Of a stretch of DNA of 64,000 bases, positions 1-12,200 are shown one piece after another. Source of the DNA: Dimorphilus gyrociliatus (lineage: Eukaryota > Animalia > Annelida). The notes under the pieces were generated by a model. It searched no databases, was not told the origin of the DNA, and saw only the letters and a list, made by a program, of their open reading frames with translations. The position numbers were made by a program, and so were the translations under genes. The number at the start of each line of letters is the position of its first letter. Position 1 is the stretch's first letter. Where the stretch lies: the NCBI GenBank assembly GCA_904063045.1, contig CAJFCJ010000008.1, positions 1,240,001 through 1,304,000 of the forward strand. The letters are read 5' to 3'.

Positions 1-1825
1 AGGGTAAACTAAAGAAGAATTATCCAATTGTGTGCGGATGAAGATAAATTGCTAATTGATGATGGAGAATACACAGGAAGAAAGCTATATTAACAGATTA
101 GTTTAAGCTAATGTTTCACTTTATTCTTTCATTTTTGATATTGTATCTACCTTACTCTGACATGACGTTAATTGTTGTATATATTTGGAGGACATCAGAG
201 CGATGCAGTCATAATGAATAGGCTTACGTTAATCTATTGAGTTTTATAGACTCTTAATAAAATTATGTCATATAAATCATGCAATTCATACTTTAGAGTA
301 GAGGTTAAGAAACCGTCGGGTAATTGTTGTAGTCAGCTCATGGAAGAGAATTTTCCAACTACCAGAAAAAGTCCATGTTATGACCTTTTTTATTAAGTAA
401 GTAGGTGACTATTCTAAAAATTCAATATGACAATTCCTTTGGAAAACGAAGAAAAAGGAGAATTTTTACTATGGAACGAATGTCGTTTCCCGGCGGCTCG
501 TTAAGTCGGTTGATTCGGTTTTGTGGAGGCAAATTTTTTTTCGCTATGCATAAATCAAAGAGGAAATTTAGCAGTCAGGCGACGCATCAGTCAAATGACA
601 GATGATCGCATCTTTCTCCAGACAAACGAGTGTTTGAATATAAGATCTATTCTTTTAATATCAAGCTTTTTATTCTTTAATATCATAGGATGCAATTTTA
701 ATAGACAATCAATCACGTTGTATTTTGAAATTTGATAGAGTATACTATGATGGTTATACAATACTTATCGATGTATCAATCGATCCTTTTTAACCGATAC
801 CGTACTCGTAAAAGCAACAGTATCTTTTCAAAGCATAGTCTTTAAGAGAAAGATTAGACGAATAGTACATTTACCAAATGGCAATAATTATCTATCATTA
901 TTGAAAAATTCAAAGACAAAATTATTTTTGATTACATCTCATTAAATATTAATTTTAATTTTCAATAATGAAAAAAAACTTTTAAATTAAAATTTTCAAG
1001 TACAAGCCATCCTCTAAAAATATTCTCTGCTCGCATATTCCACACTAATGTATACTGCATATAAATAGAAAAAAACAGTGAGGGTGTCTATCTTATTTCA
1101 TTTTTTTGCGTTTATAATTCTGAGAGAAAGCTCTTATGTACTAAAAAATTTTTATCAATGTACGTAATTCAACTTCTAAACTAGAAATGGCCTAATTTTT
1201 TTCTTAGAAATCAAGTTCTTATATTTTTAGACAGAAGTATTTTAATTTAATAGACTGATTTTTAAACAAATGTGACTCAAATTACGTATTTTGGTTCTAT
1301 ACTCCTTGAAGACGAAAGCTAAGCATTGATAGACTCTATTTATTCATTTTTAGGCTTAATTATGTATCTAAATATACAGCCGCACGCTATACAAGTAATT
1401 ACCATCCAGATCGATCGGAAAGTTTATTGCGCAAGTGATGAATTGGTGGCCATTTGAATAATAGCCCCTTCCCAGTACGGCTTTTGTTTGTCATCAGCGA
1501 CAAACTAGACACAAACGTGCCAGCACAGTTGTCAAACGAAGCTAGCTTGATTGTGCAAATGCAATTGTAGAAGCAGAGCTGTGGGCTGAAGAATTTGTTG
1601 GTATATACATATATACTGTATATATATATATATATGTATATATATAGTATATATATATATATATATATATATACCGCATATGTGCATATATTTAGATATA
1701 TATAGTGTATAAATTCACAAGTCACTCTATTTAACATATACCTATATAATTTATGTTTATGATTCTCTGAGAAGCTATATCTACATTTGCGGTAGTTTTT
1801 CAAGGATAAAATGAAAATAGCAGAG

Positions 1826-1866
1826 AACTAAATAGAGACGAAACTAAATAGAGACGAAACTAAATA
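1826..1866. repeat. 16-bp tandem repeat, ~2.5 copies
   Basis: AACTAAATAGAGACGA x2 plus AACTAAATA. Confidence 0.9.
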
Positions 1867-2045
1867 AAGAAGATAAATGTTCATTCTTTTAAAAAATAAC
1901 ACGTATTAAGTCACATTTATTATATTAAATAATATTATATAACATTATTGCATCTACATATATCTATATATATATTTATATTAAAATAATATATATACTC
2001 TATATATATATATATAAATATATGCATATATGCTGTATATATATA

Positions 2046-2048
<3 letters not shown>

Positions 2049-2114
<66 letters not shown>
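2049..2114. repeat. (TA)n microsatellite
   Basis: An uninterrupted TA run of about 33 units inside a wider AT-rich low-complexity tract. Confidence 0.95.
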
Positions 2115-2117
<3 letters not shown>

Positions 2118-3416
2118 TTATATATATTTTCAAAGAGCGTGGTGCGAATTCCTGTTGTATAATTAATGAATCAATCAATTTTCGATTCGAATTCTAGCTC
2201 TAGTCTTTCCCAGCTTTGTACACGTGACAAGAATGATGCTCAAAGTATCCATCAGTTGTGAGAAAATGCTCCAAAATTCTCACTTACAAAATGTTGTTAT
2301 GAATTATTAGTATAAATTTATGAAAGTTACATTAATCTCTAAATTTTAGTCAATCATGTAGAATGAAATGATATAAAGGTGTCTCTTTGACAGTCAGAAA
2401 ACAAGGGCCGAAATGCTCATTTCATATATTTTATTTATGATATGAAAAGAATATAAGAATGGAAAGAAAAATGAGGATTAATATTAAGGCTAAAAATGAG
2501 TCAGTAAAGAGCTTTGAGGATTTATGAGGTGAAAATATAGTAATATTAGATATTCTAGGGTCATGCTATATTTAGCTAGACCAAGAAAGAAAGTTTTAGC
2601 CCCTATTTTGATATTATATGTTACGTAGCTATCTTGTAATAAAATCCTAAAAGACACAAGATGTTGCCAAGATAGGGGAAGCAAACGGTAAATTGACGGA
2701 AAAGAGCTGATAATATTTCGTCCCGTTTCCAATTAAGATGCCCTCTTTAGATCAAAAACAAGACCAGCTCGATCTACTTGGAAAGTCACTGATGACGTCA
2801 TAATTGTCATCTATCATTTCTTGATTAGATGGACACGCTTCAGTAGCGTCTATTCAACGAGCGCCTTTGAAAATTTTCTTTTCCCTGTTTGCTAGTTTGG
2901 CAAGAGAGCAGCACTAAATAAGTGCAGTGTGAAATGTAATTAAGTCCAGATCATATGAGATGGGAATGCAATTAGGCATCCACCAGTAGAGAAGGTATGT
3001 CGATACCTTATGTACTACTGGCTTATATTAATTAATTACTCTTTCGTAATCCTTTTCTGGAAGAAAAGAGCAAAGAGAAATCTTATAAATGTTTTCTTAT
3101 ATTATCTAAAGCTTGTTTTCTAGAGATGGAAGTTTGCAGCGTTTGCATAAATTACAGTGTCAAGTATCTTTTGCATTTGACAAGCTGAGTAGATATTTTC
3201 TATTTTTTCACCTATTGCTACTCTTTCTGCCCAAGGCGTCAACTTGTTTTCCAATGACACTGTTTTCCTGTTAATATGTCAGAGTTTGTCTTCTATTTAT
3301 AAGACATACAGAATAATAGTGGAATACGATTAGCGGAGAACTTATCCTTATAGGTCAAGGAAGAAATTTTATATATTTCTTAAGCACAGTCCGACCTTAA
3401 TTAACGGCCACATCTG

Positions 3417-3565
3417 CCGGAAGTATAGCGTTGATAAATAACGCTTAGAAAACGCTTTTGCGTTGGTTAAGCGATTTTTTCATTGGCTGCAAACATGCTG
3501 TGTACACGTGTAATAGTTTCCGTTATTTTGCCTATGCTTTGTATCCAACTTCCTCTCCCTCAGTT
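3417..3565 (+). promoter_or_regulatory. Promoter-like module (ETS, CCAAT, E-box, Inr-like)
   Basis: CCGGAAGT 3417-3424, ATTGG 3482-3486, CACGTG 3505-3510 and TCAGTT 3560-3565 lie within 150 nt of a relatively GC-rich patch. Confidence 0.35.
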
Positions 3566-4402
3566 GTGCGGCAAGACAGTTAGAATAAAACTCACTTTAT
3601 CCCTTAAATAAGCACAATTTCTTGTTAACAAGCAGAATAGAAATATTAATCATACTTGAAACATTTTTCACACAATGGTTAGCTTTCGTAGAAAGCTCCT
3701 AATCTACTTGAGTTTTACTTTTCATAAAAAAAGAAATAGCCTAGTGTTTAATCCTCTCGTTTCATAAAAAAGGTGTCTTTTTATTTTTTATGACAGGTTT
3801 GAAGGATAAGCCTTTTTTGCCCTAATTTTTTCTTATTATTATGGTAATATAAGCATGATAGAAAAAAATAGTAATCCATTGTTGTCATTAAGTCATTTAG
3901 AATTGAACATTTCTACCGATGTATATATAAAAAAGACATTAAAAACACACACTGCATATACTTTATATGCAGCATAAATGAAAGTATAATTCCTAACTCG
4001 TTAATACATATTTTACATGCTATAAAAATTACAATTAATTGTATGAAGATACACAATTATTTGTATATTAATTCAATATCAAATCCGTATGGTAGATTTC
4101 GACACTAATTGCTTAATTGAATTTCATGAAGTGCAATGAGATGGAAAATTTTCACTTTATTTAAAATTCTCTTTTTATGTTGTTTATTATTTTTCTTTAT
4201 GTTGTTGAACATTATTTCTTTTTTATCTTCCCTTTTCGAGTATTTATAACGTAAAAATTACAAGTCTTTTCTTTTTAATATTTAAATAGAGTAAAGCAAA
4301 AACAAATAAACAAAGGCTGCAATATATGGAGAGAAGAAAGACTAAAAAAATCAAAGTTGAACTTTTAAGCCTATTGTTAGAAGTAGGAGGAATATATATA
4401 TG

Positions 4403-4403
<1 letters not shown>

Positions 4404-4451
<48 letters not shown>
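4404..4451. repeat. (TA)n microsatellite
   Basis: An uninterrupted TA run of about 24 units. Confidence 0.95.
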
Positions 4452-4452
<1 letters not shown>

Positions 4453-5054
4453 CTATAAAAAGTTGTATAAATAACGAATAAAGGTAGATTTATGCTCTTT
4501 TTGTGGATATCAATTAATTTATATCTGTTCAATTTGAACATAAAGCTGTCTTTAAAAATTTAATCAAAGTAATTTTGGTTGAATACGTTAATTGAATCTT
4601 TGCAATTTTAGTACTTGACTGCTGTAATTTTATGCGTTATTTATAAAAAATATTTATATATCTAGAGGTTTTTTACGGTTTTTACGAGTTTCTAGCGTAA
4701 ACTCTTATTGTATTCATACAAAAAAGTAGTCTTTTATTTTATTTTTAAACTCTCCAGTTTGCTTAACCGCGTCTATAGCGCATCCGGTTCTCTAGTCACT
4801 TCCGGCTTGCAATCAGAGTGTTTATTGGACGTGTTCCGGTCAGACTGCTGAACCAGTAATAAAACAATGTGCAAAAAAAGGGAATTAAAAGGAGAAATGA
4901 TGATGATTAGAAATTTATACGATTAGGGATTAATCGTTGAAATTATTTACTCAAAGGTGCACTATTAATTATTTAGATGATAATCCCTTTTTCAGAGATA
5001 GATTTCTGATATTTAATAAATAATATTCGATTTAGGATTTTTTTGTCTTCATAA

Positions 5055-5070
5055 CCGATAGATGGCGCTG
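5055..5070 (+). promoter_or_regulatory. CTCF-like motif upstream of nAChR A
   Basis: CCGATAGATGGCGCTG matches the core YAGRKGGCR. A second site on the minus strand at 5449-5461 (GCACTAGATGGCA) faces it. Confidence 0.5.
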
Positions 5071-5510
5071 CCAATATTTGAAATATTGGAAATCATTGTC
5101 TAATAAATTTATGTCCCAATTGCATTATGACCCATACGAAAAAGTAGAGAAATTGGCAAAGATAATATAACTATCATATGCTGGATGCAATCCAATTTGG
5201 AAGTCTTATAGGCAAACGTGTCGTCCAAGAAGAAATTATTTGAAGCTCTTCAGACGACCAGCTTCGAAATAGGCCGACAATTGAATTTACCGCAATCATG
5301 AGAAAGATGCCAGCTATTTTTGACAACTGCAATTTTCCATGAAAATTACTATCAATTCCATTTGGATGAACCGGCTTCATTGACTTATTCTCTATGGCTA
5401 CTTATTCATTATATAGGCTATCAAAATATCTTATAAATTTTTTAAAGATGCCATCTAGTGCTTTCTCGTATATATTCCTAAAGGACATGTATGATACTTT
5501 AGATCATTTA

Positions 5511-5520
<10 letters not shown>

Positions 5521-5552
<32 letters not shown>
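5521..5552. repeat. (AT)n microsatellite
   Basis: About 16 AT units. Confidence 0.95.
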
Positions 5553-5554
<2 letters not shown>

Positions 5555-6219
5555 CATGAACCCTATAGCATAGAATTACGAGTAAGTAGTGAAAACCGTA
5601 GAAAGTCTAGCTTTTATAATTAAAGTGTTAATTGAAAATGTAATTCTTTATAGAAAGTATGACCATATTGATACGGACATTCCTTGATCTTTCAATAAAG
5701 TATTTAAAAAATTCAAAGCAATCTCCTATACTTTAGAGTTTGGTGATTTCATCGATTACTCAAAAACATTGATTATAAGTGAGAATAGACTATAATAATA
5801 CTTATGTTATATTACTTCTGTGCAGAATCCTTTGATGGTAACATATAACTAATGTTAGCAAATTTTTTCAAATATACAATAAAACCGAAATAAATAGTAT
5901 GAGCGAAAATTTTAACTTTTCTGGATAAGGGAAACAACTGGTAGAAGGTTGTTGACTCTGTGTCAAAGAAAACAAGTTGCAGAGACAGAGTGAGTGCGAT
6001 AGAGAGAGAGACAGAGAGCGAGAGAGAGAGAGACGGAGAGAGTGTGAGTAGACTGAGCGTTCGATCTATCCCAGTTGCAGTTCTGCAGTCGTGCCGGCAG
6101 TATCTAAGAAGGGAAAATCGGAGATCGTCCTTCACCTTTAAATTATTCTTTTCTATTTTTTTATCGGCGTCACTAGACGTCATGAATCAAAGTCGAAAAC
6201 GTTAATATGACTACTCGAA

Positions 6220-9200
6220 ATGGCTTATCTCATTCTTCTCCTTTCCGGAGTATATTCGATAATTCAAAATGCAGGTAATTTGTTTACTTAAATCCAAAGA
6301 ATTTGTCTTCAAAAATGAATGCATATATAAGTATATATAAACTTATATATATTTTAATTTTTCACCTGTAAAAAAAAGCTGACGGCTAAAGCGATCAATA
6401 TGAAATAATCGGCTATTAAGATGTTTACGGGCTATTATTCGTGCACTAAACGTGCTTAATGCGTTATTTTATGCGACAATATGTAAAAAGAAGGTTGTTT
6501 ATTTAGATAAGAACGATTTTTATTAGCACTATGCATAATGGAGGGCGCTAATTAGTAATATGACCGTGAATTAACAAATACGTGTAACGAATGAATTGTA
6601 AGCTTTTTATTATATGATAGATATATAAAATCTTGTAATCTTTTCTTGAGATTAATAAACGCATATATACGCACTTTTAGCTCGTAACAGATCAATAAAC
6701 ATACCAATATCTGCCTACATATGTAGAGTAGTGGAATTATGATCAATAAGCCAGGTGGAAGAAAAGTAGTGAAAAATCATAGATAATACGAGACAGTAGT
6801 AGGAGAATGGCAAAAGAAATGTTTTTACTAATTGAATATTTGTCGGGGATTTTCTCTCCAATTCCCTCCTGAGAATTTTCCGTCGTTTTTCTGTAGAATT
6901 GTAGAGGAGTTTAACCCGATTTTGTACCGATCAATAACCAGTCCCGATAGAATCGGGAATATTTCACCCCAGTTTCCTTATTTATACCCCTTCTCTTTAT
7001 TAATCAAGCATTCTAATTGTAAGGATTAGGTAACCGTTATTGAACTAGTTAACTCTTAATTAACAAGTCATTCTCAGCATATTGTAAATGCTTTGCAGAG
7101 TTTATTTAAAAGTGTAATAAGTGTTTCTGCACACTTGCATACATAAGATACACTTAGATTAGTTACTTTAACGTAGTAACAGGTAGAAAGGGTATTGATT
7201 GAAAATGACGCTTTGTATCCGGTGGATTTATGCTGTTACGCAACACTGATCTATATTTACGCTTTTCTTCGTGATTATGAATCCTCCTTTGGTATTCTTT
7301 CTTTTTTGTCTTTCAATGCAAATAATTCCTAAAGCTTTTTTTTGGAGCAATTAAAATTTGTTTCCCTTTTTTCTATCTAAATGACTGCGCCTTCTGAAAT
7401 AGTTGCACGCTATTTTAAGACCCTACATTTTTGCAGTACAGTCACGTGATAGAGAAGAAATGACACAGACGTGATAGGGGTTTATAGCAAAACTGTATCG
7501 ATTATATATTATCATTATAAAACCGTACGGGAAGTAAGGGCAAGTGGTGTTTTTAGTAATTCTTGATCTAAACACTAGTTATATGCAACGTTGTAGTATG
7601 ATTCATATAGTCTCGTCTAGAGTTCAGTGTCAAAAAGGAACTGGTATCTAATAAAAAGTAATAAACGCCCAGCTTTAGTGAAACAATAAAAACGTGAGAG
7701 GAAATAGGCGTTCGCAAATAGAAATTGCTGTCGGCTAAGCGTCGAGATGACCTTTTTAGACGTTATGAAATGTTTGTAGAGAATTTTTTGTGTCTGCAAT
7801 CACGTTCCGTCACGGAATGTCTTTTTTTTCGCATAACTTACGAAAAATCTTTATGAAATTAGTATGAAAAGAATGAGTTGGAAATTTATGGGAGACTAGG
7901 ATTACAGCATGTCTATATATACCTTTGCTGCATAAAATCAGTATAATACAGTATACTATGTCTATATATAATGCATATGTACTATATTCATAAATAATCT
8001 TTACTCTAAAACTTCTTACCTCACACCAGGAGCATTGATTTATTTTTTCATTTGAAGGCTTTTTATGTTATATTATAAGCTTTAATATACATGGCAACGT
8101 TAGGTTAATAACTATTACGTAGTATTTTTTATAGCATCTTTCACAGGGCATTGTAATATATTTCATGATATAAAAAATAACGTGAATCTAATTGTTAATA
8201 AATAGATAAATACATAACTAAAACACTCGCATATTTATACTATATTACGAATATAAAGTATATAAAAACATATATAAGAAAAACATTGATTAAATTATCC
8301 TCGAATTGATCTCTTTGAACCAAATCAGTCAATAAAGTTTTATTCTGTCATTATATTCTAAGCTGCTAGATGTTTGAATAAGAGGATGCTTTTCAATGTA
8401 ATTTATTGTATTTTCTGTACTTTACCACTAATAATATAGATATTCCTTTGTTCAGCGTAGAAAAAGGTTGATAAAAATTAGAGATAAGACTCATAAATAT
8501 ATTCATTCTGAAAATATTGACAAGAATCCTTACAAAAAAAAATGTAAAATAACAAGGAAAGAGTATAGGATAAATGCTACAACAGATATGGTCTGTCTAG
8601 TTGAATAACAAGGGAAAAGTAGCATTGACATTTAGGTATCGCGAGAAGCTTATCAGAAATTTATATATAATTAATTACAACTATATAGGGGTGACGAAGC
8701 CTTAAAGAGAATGTTATAAATAAAAAATTCTATCTTTCACCTTTATAAATTTACATAAATTTTTTCTATCGTGAATATTTCTTGGATTACGATGAACGCG
8801 GTACTTTGTATAATGAATCTATGGTATAATGTTTATTCTATCTTATTCTAAGTGCCATATTATCTTCAAAATTTTATGAGTAGATGATTAAAGTCTTTTA
8901 ATCAAATGAGAATAATAAATTAACAAAGGAAATTTTATCACCCCACTAATTGTGGATTTGTAGAGTTTTATACATAAATTTTTAATGAATTGTCCTAATA
9001 TCTGTAAAAATCAGCTTTGACATTTTATGAAAGGTTCACAAAAGACTCGGTTCTTTTTCTGTTTTATAATAGCCTGACCTATAAAAAGTGTTTCTCACAA
9101 GAGCGTCGTGAAAAGATTAACGTGAAATGGAAGCGTCCCTTCATATAAAGTTATCTTATTTAAGTACACAATTTTTTCTTAAAGTCTATTTCCCTAACTG

Positions 9201-12200
9201 ATTATTTCCTGTACAGGAAAAGTGAGAGATATGCACAGTAATTATCGAACAATTTTTTATATTAGAAGGTTTTATCTATATATATATACTGTATATAAAT
9301 TTATATATACTAATACATATTCAGTATATATATATATTAGTCTTTTTCTTCTCCCAAAAATATTTCGGATAAGCCGGCTAAATATTTTTAAAAAGGAATA
9401 AACGGAAAAAGAAAAAGGGATTTTAAAGTTTATAACTTGGGGGAAATGTTTGTTGGAAATTTTTATATATGCAATCACACAACGTCACGAAACTCTGGAA
9501 TGTCTCCTAAAAATATCCAATCGACAAGATTCGTTTAACGAAGTAGGGTGAAAAAAATTGGAAAAAATAACTGCAAAAAAGGGAAAAAAAGAAAAATGAG
9601 GGCATGGGAGGAGTAGGAGGAGGGGTGGGAGGATAAAAAAATAAAGAATAAAAATATCGTGCCACTGTCTTTTTCTTGATTGATTGATCGTTGCGATTGA
9701 TTAGCCGATTGATTTGTGGTCGCCTCGTAAAAATTGCTTTGCCATATTTAATTAGGTTCCTTGTTACTTTCTCTTTCTTTTATATTTTTTCCCTTTCGTT
9801 GTCGTGCAGTTTTGCAAAAATTTCATTTTTACAGTGTTATCATAATATCTTTTTAATATTAAATATATAAATTACTGTCCAAAGAGCTAACAAAATATAG
9901 TCTACTTTTAAAGACACTACAAATATATATACAGTATATATATATAAGTACTCGAACAATCCTACTAAACCAAACCCCAGGAATACAGACAACAGACGAA
10001 GCGTAACTAATGACTCCCCGTTCCGATTCATCGTCATGCAAAACTGCAATTTTTTTCCAGCCTGTTGAAATAAAAGACGCGACAATATATCAGTAGAATG
10101 AAATAAAAGAGAAGAATAGAAGGAAGGAAAAGATAAATAGAGAGAGAGAGAAAAAGAAAGAGTGAAAAGAGAGACAGACAAGCTGACAGAAAGCAAGAAT
10201 GAGAAGAAGGTGGCATGGTAATGTTGTCAGACAGAGGCAAAAAATGAGAGAAACTAGTCCAGTACAATTTTTTATCCCTGATTTTGTAGTCGAGGCTCAG
10301 TCGGCTGATAAATACTCACTCGCGTAATTACCAAGTTACAATTGAGCCCCAAGCTCAAAAGCCACGGACGTGACTGACTACTTCGTACTGCTTAAACGAT
10401 TCTTATCATACAGGGGGGGGCAATAGCAGTTGGGGGCGGTAATAGAAGGGAAGTAAAGGAAGTGTAAGAAGGATAGAAAGGGTTTCGTATTGTAGACATT
10501 CATATTTCAGGAGAGTATGTATACTGTTTTTTTACAAACAAAAGGTCTTCGAGTTTAGAATTTGACGTTCGCATAATAACATCAATATTCTATATTATAG
10601 ATACCGGATAGCTTAATAATCTTATCGGTTAACATATACTAAAAGTAATAAGGTAAAGTGATAAATTCACTTTTCAATTTAGTTATATCATTTATAGGAG
10701 GGCGAGGATCATCTGGGATCAAATCAGTATTAGCTGAAGTGGAATATCTACTTTAATTATCTAAATAGATAAACATATATTCGACTTTGACAGCGCCCCC
10801 CTCCCTCCTTCCGATGAGTAGTTAGATTACTAAATAACATGAAAAAATCCTACTTTACTTCGATAGACTTCCATCTTTACGGATTATCAATAGATATTAC
10901 CAGTAACATAGTACTATCCCTGTGTCAATATCATGTATTCCTAGGGTAATGAAGTTGGAGATTTCGAGCTTAATAGCGTACAATATTTATATGGCTTAGA
11001 ATTAAGATGACACTCATAGGAAAAGGCAATAAGAAAAAAAGTGGAAAGAGTAACAAAACCTATTTGGTTTAGAATACCATATATTTAGAAAATAAACTGT
11101 CAAAAGAATTAAAATCATCCATAGAAATCTATATTTTCTTAAAATAGGACATTTTTACTGTATAAAATAGTAAAGTGCACAGTAACAATATTATTTTACA
11201 ATGGAAAGTTGATCTATTCGTTTGAAACAACTTCCGTGACACATAGACGATATATACTATACATTTTTACTTAAAAATAAAAAACGAATAAACGTCTAAA
11301 TGATATGGGTTTATAAAATAAAAAAAAAGTAACAAGAATTTCTACTAGTTATTTCTTTTTATTGAATTTGTTCAAGTTTGTCAAAGTTTTATTATATTTC
11401 GTCAAATGGTTTAGACGGGGAAATGGCAACTTTTTGTGAAAGATGCAAAATCGATATTGGCTAGTATTACATAACGAATTTTAGGAAATTTTTAGTATTA
11501 TATTCCGGTTGACAGCGTCGCACCGCATTAGCCAAATATTACAGTATACAATATCTTTTTTCCCAGCTTAAAATCCATTACTGTCTCTGTGTCAAATAAT
11601 ACAACCACGTGACTGATATAAGGTCACGTAATTAAACACACGATCATAGACTACCAATATTCACTCGGAATGATGAACAAAAATGATTTTGTGCTAGAAT
11701 GAAGACTAGACAGTAATGTCATTTTTATCTTCCCTTTCTAGCGTCTTTATTGCATTATATAAATGATAGCAGTTTAGTCATTATTGTAATTAGGAGAGAT
11801 ATAAAACTGTTTGCAGAGCGATCTTTCACTCTTTCACTCTCACTTACGCTAACATGCTACGAAGATATGATTATTTTGCTATGATTGATTATTCCTAAAT
11901 AATTTATGGAAGCTTCCTAATTTTGTAGAAAATAATTGAATTATCAGAAGTAATTTATAACTTGTAAAAGAATCTGATGAAAAGACTACTTTCTTAATTA
12001 TGATTGAAAAATGAATGATAATCTTTGGCCTTAATCTAAACAAAAAAAATTTGCCTCAAACGAGGAGTAAAGATAGATTTCTCTAATTTATCATCTAGAT
12101 ATCTCTTACTTTTTCTTATTCTATGAATTTTATAAGATAGTTATTTGTTTTGCGAATTCTTCCTTCGTAGTTCTTTATTAATAAGAAAAAATTTCTGATT

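Noticed and set aside
13-93. Short open frame RRIIQLCADEDKLLIDDGEYTGRKLY* that could be the last exon of an upstream gene
   Set aside because: It has no clear acceptor or recognisable motif, and it is too short to support.
1399-2178. ORFs of 134 aa and 65 aa in the track (IYIYIY…)
   Set aside because: They are translations of (TA)n microsatellites, with no domain or splice support. The same applies to the ORFs at 9272, 33732, 34457, 35143-35537 and 56114.
2793-2800. Full CRE palindrome TGACGTCA (also at 30702-30709)
   Set aside because: Two copies in 64 kb is too weak an excess over chance to call without other evidence.
5812-6205. Overlapping ORFs rich in SLSL or ERER
   Set aside because: They are artefacts of the (GA)n-rich tract upstream of the nAChR A first exon. 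The same applies to 9840-10267, 21504-21865 and 39377-39610.
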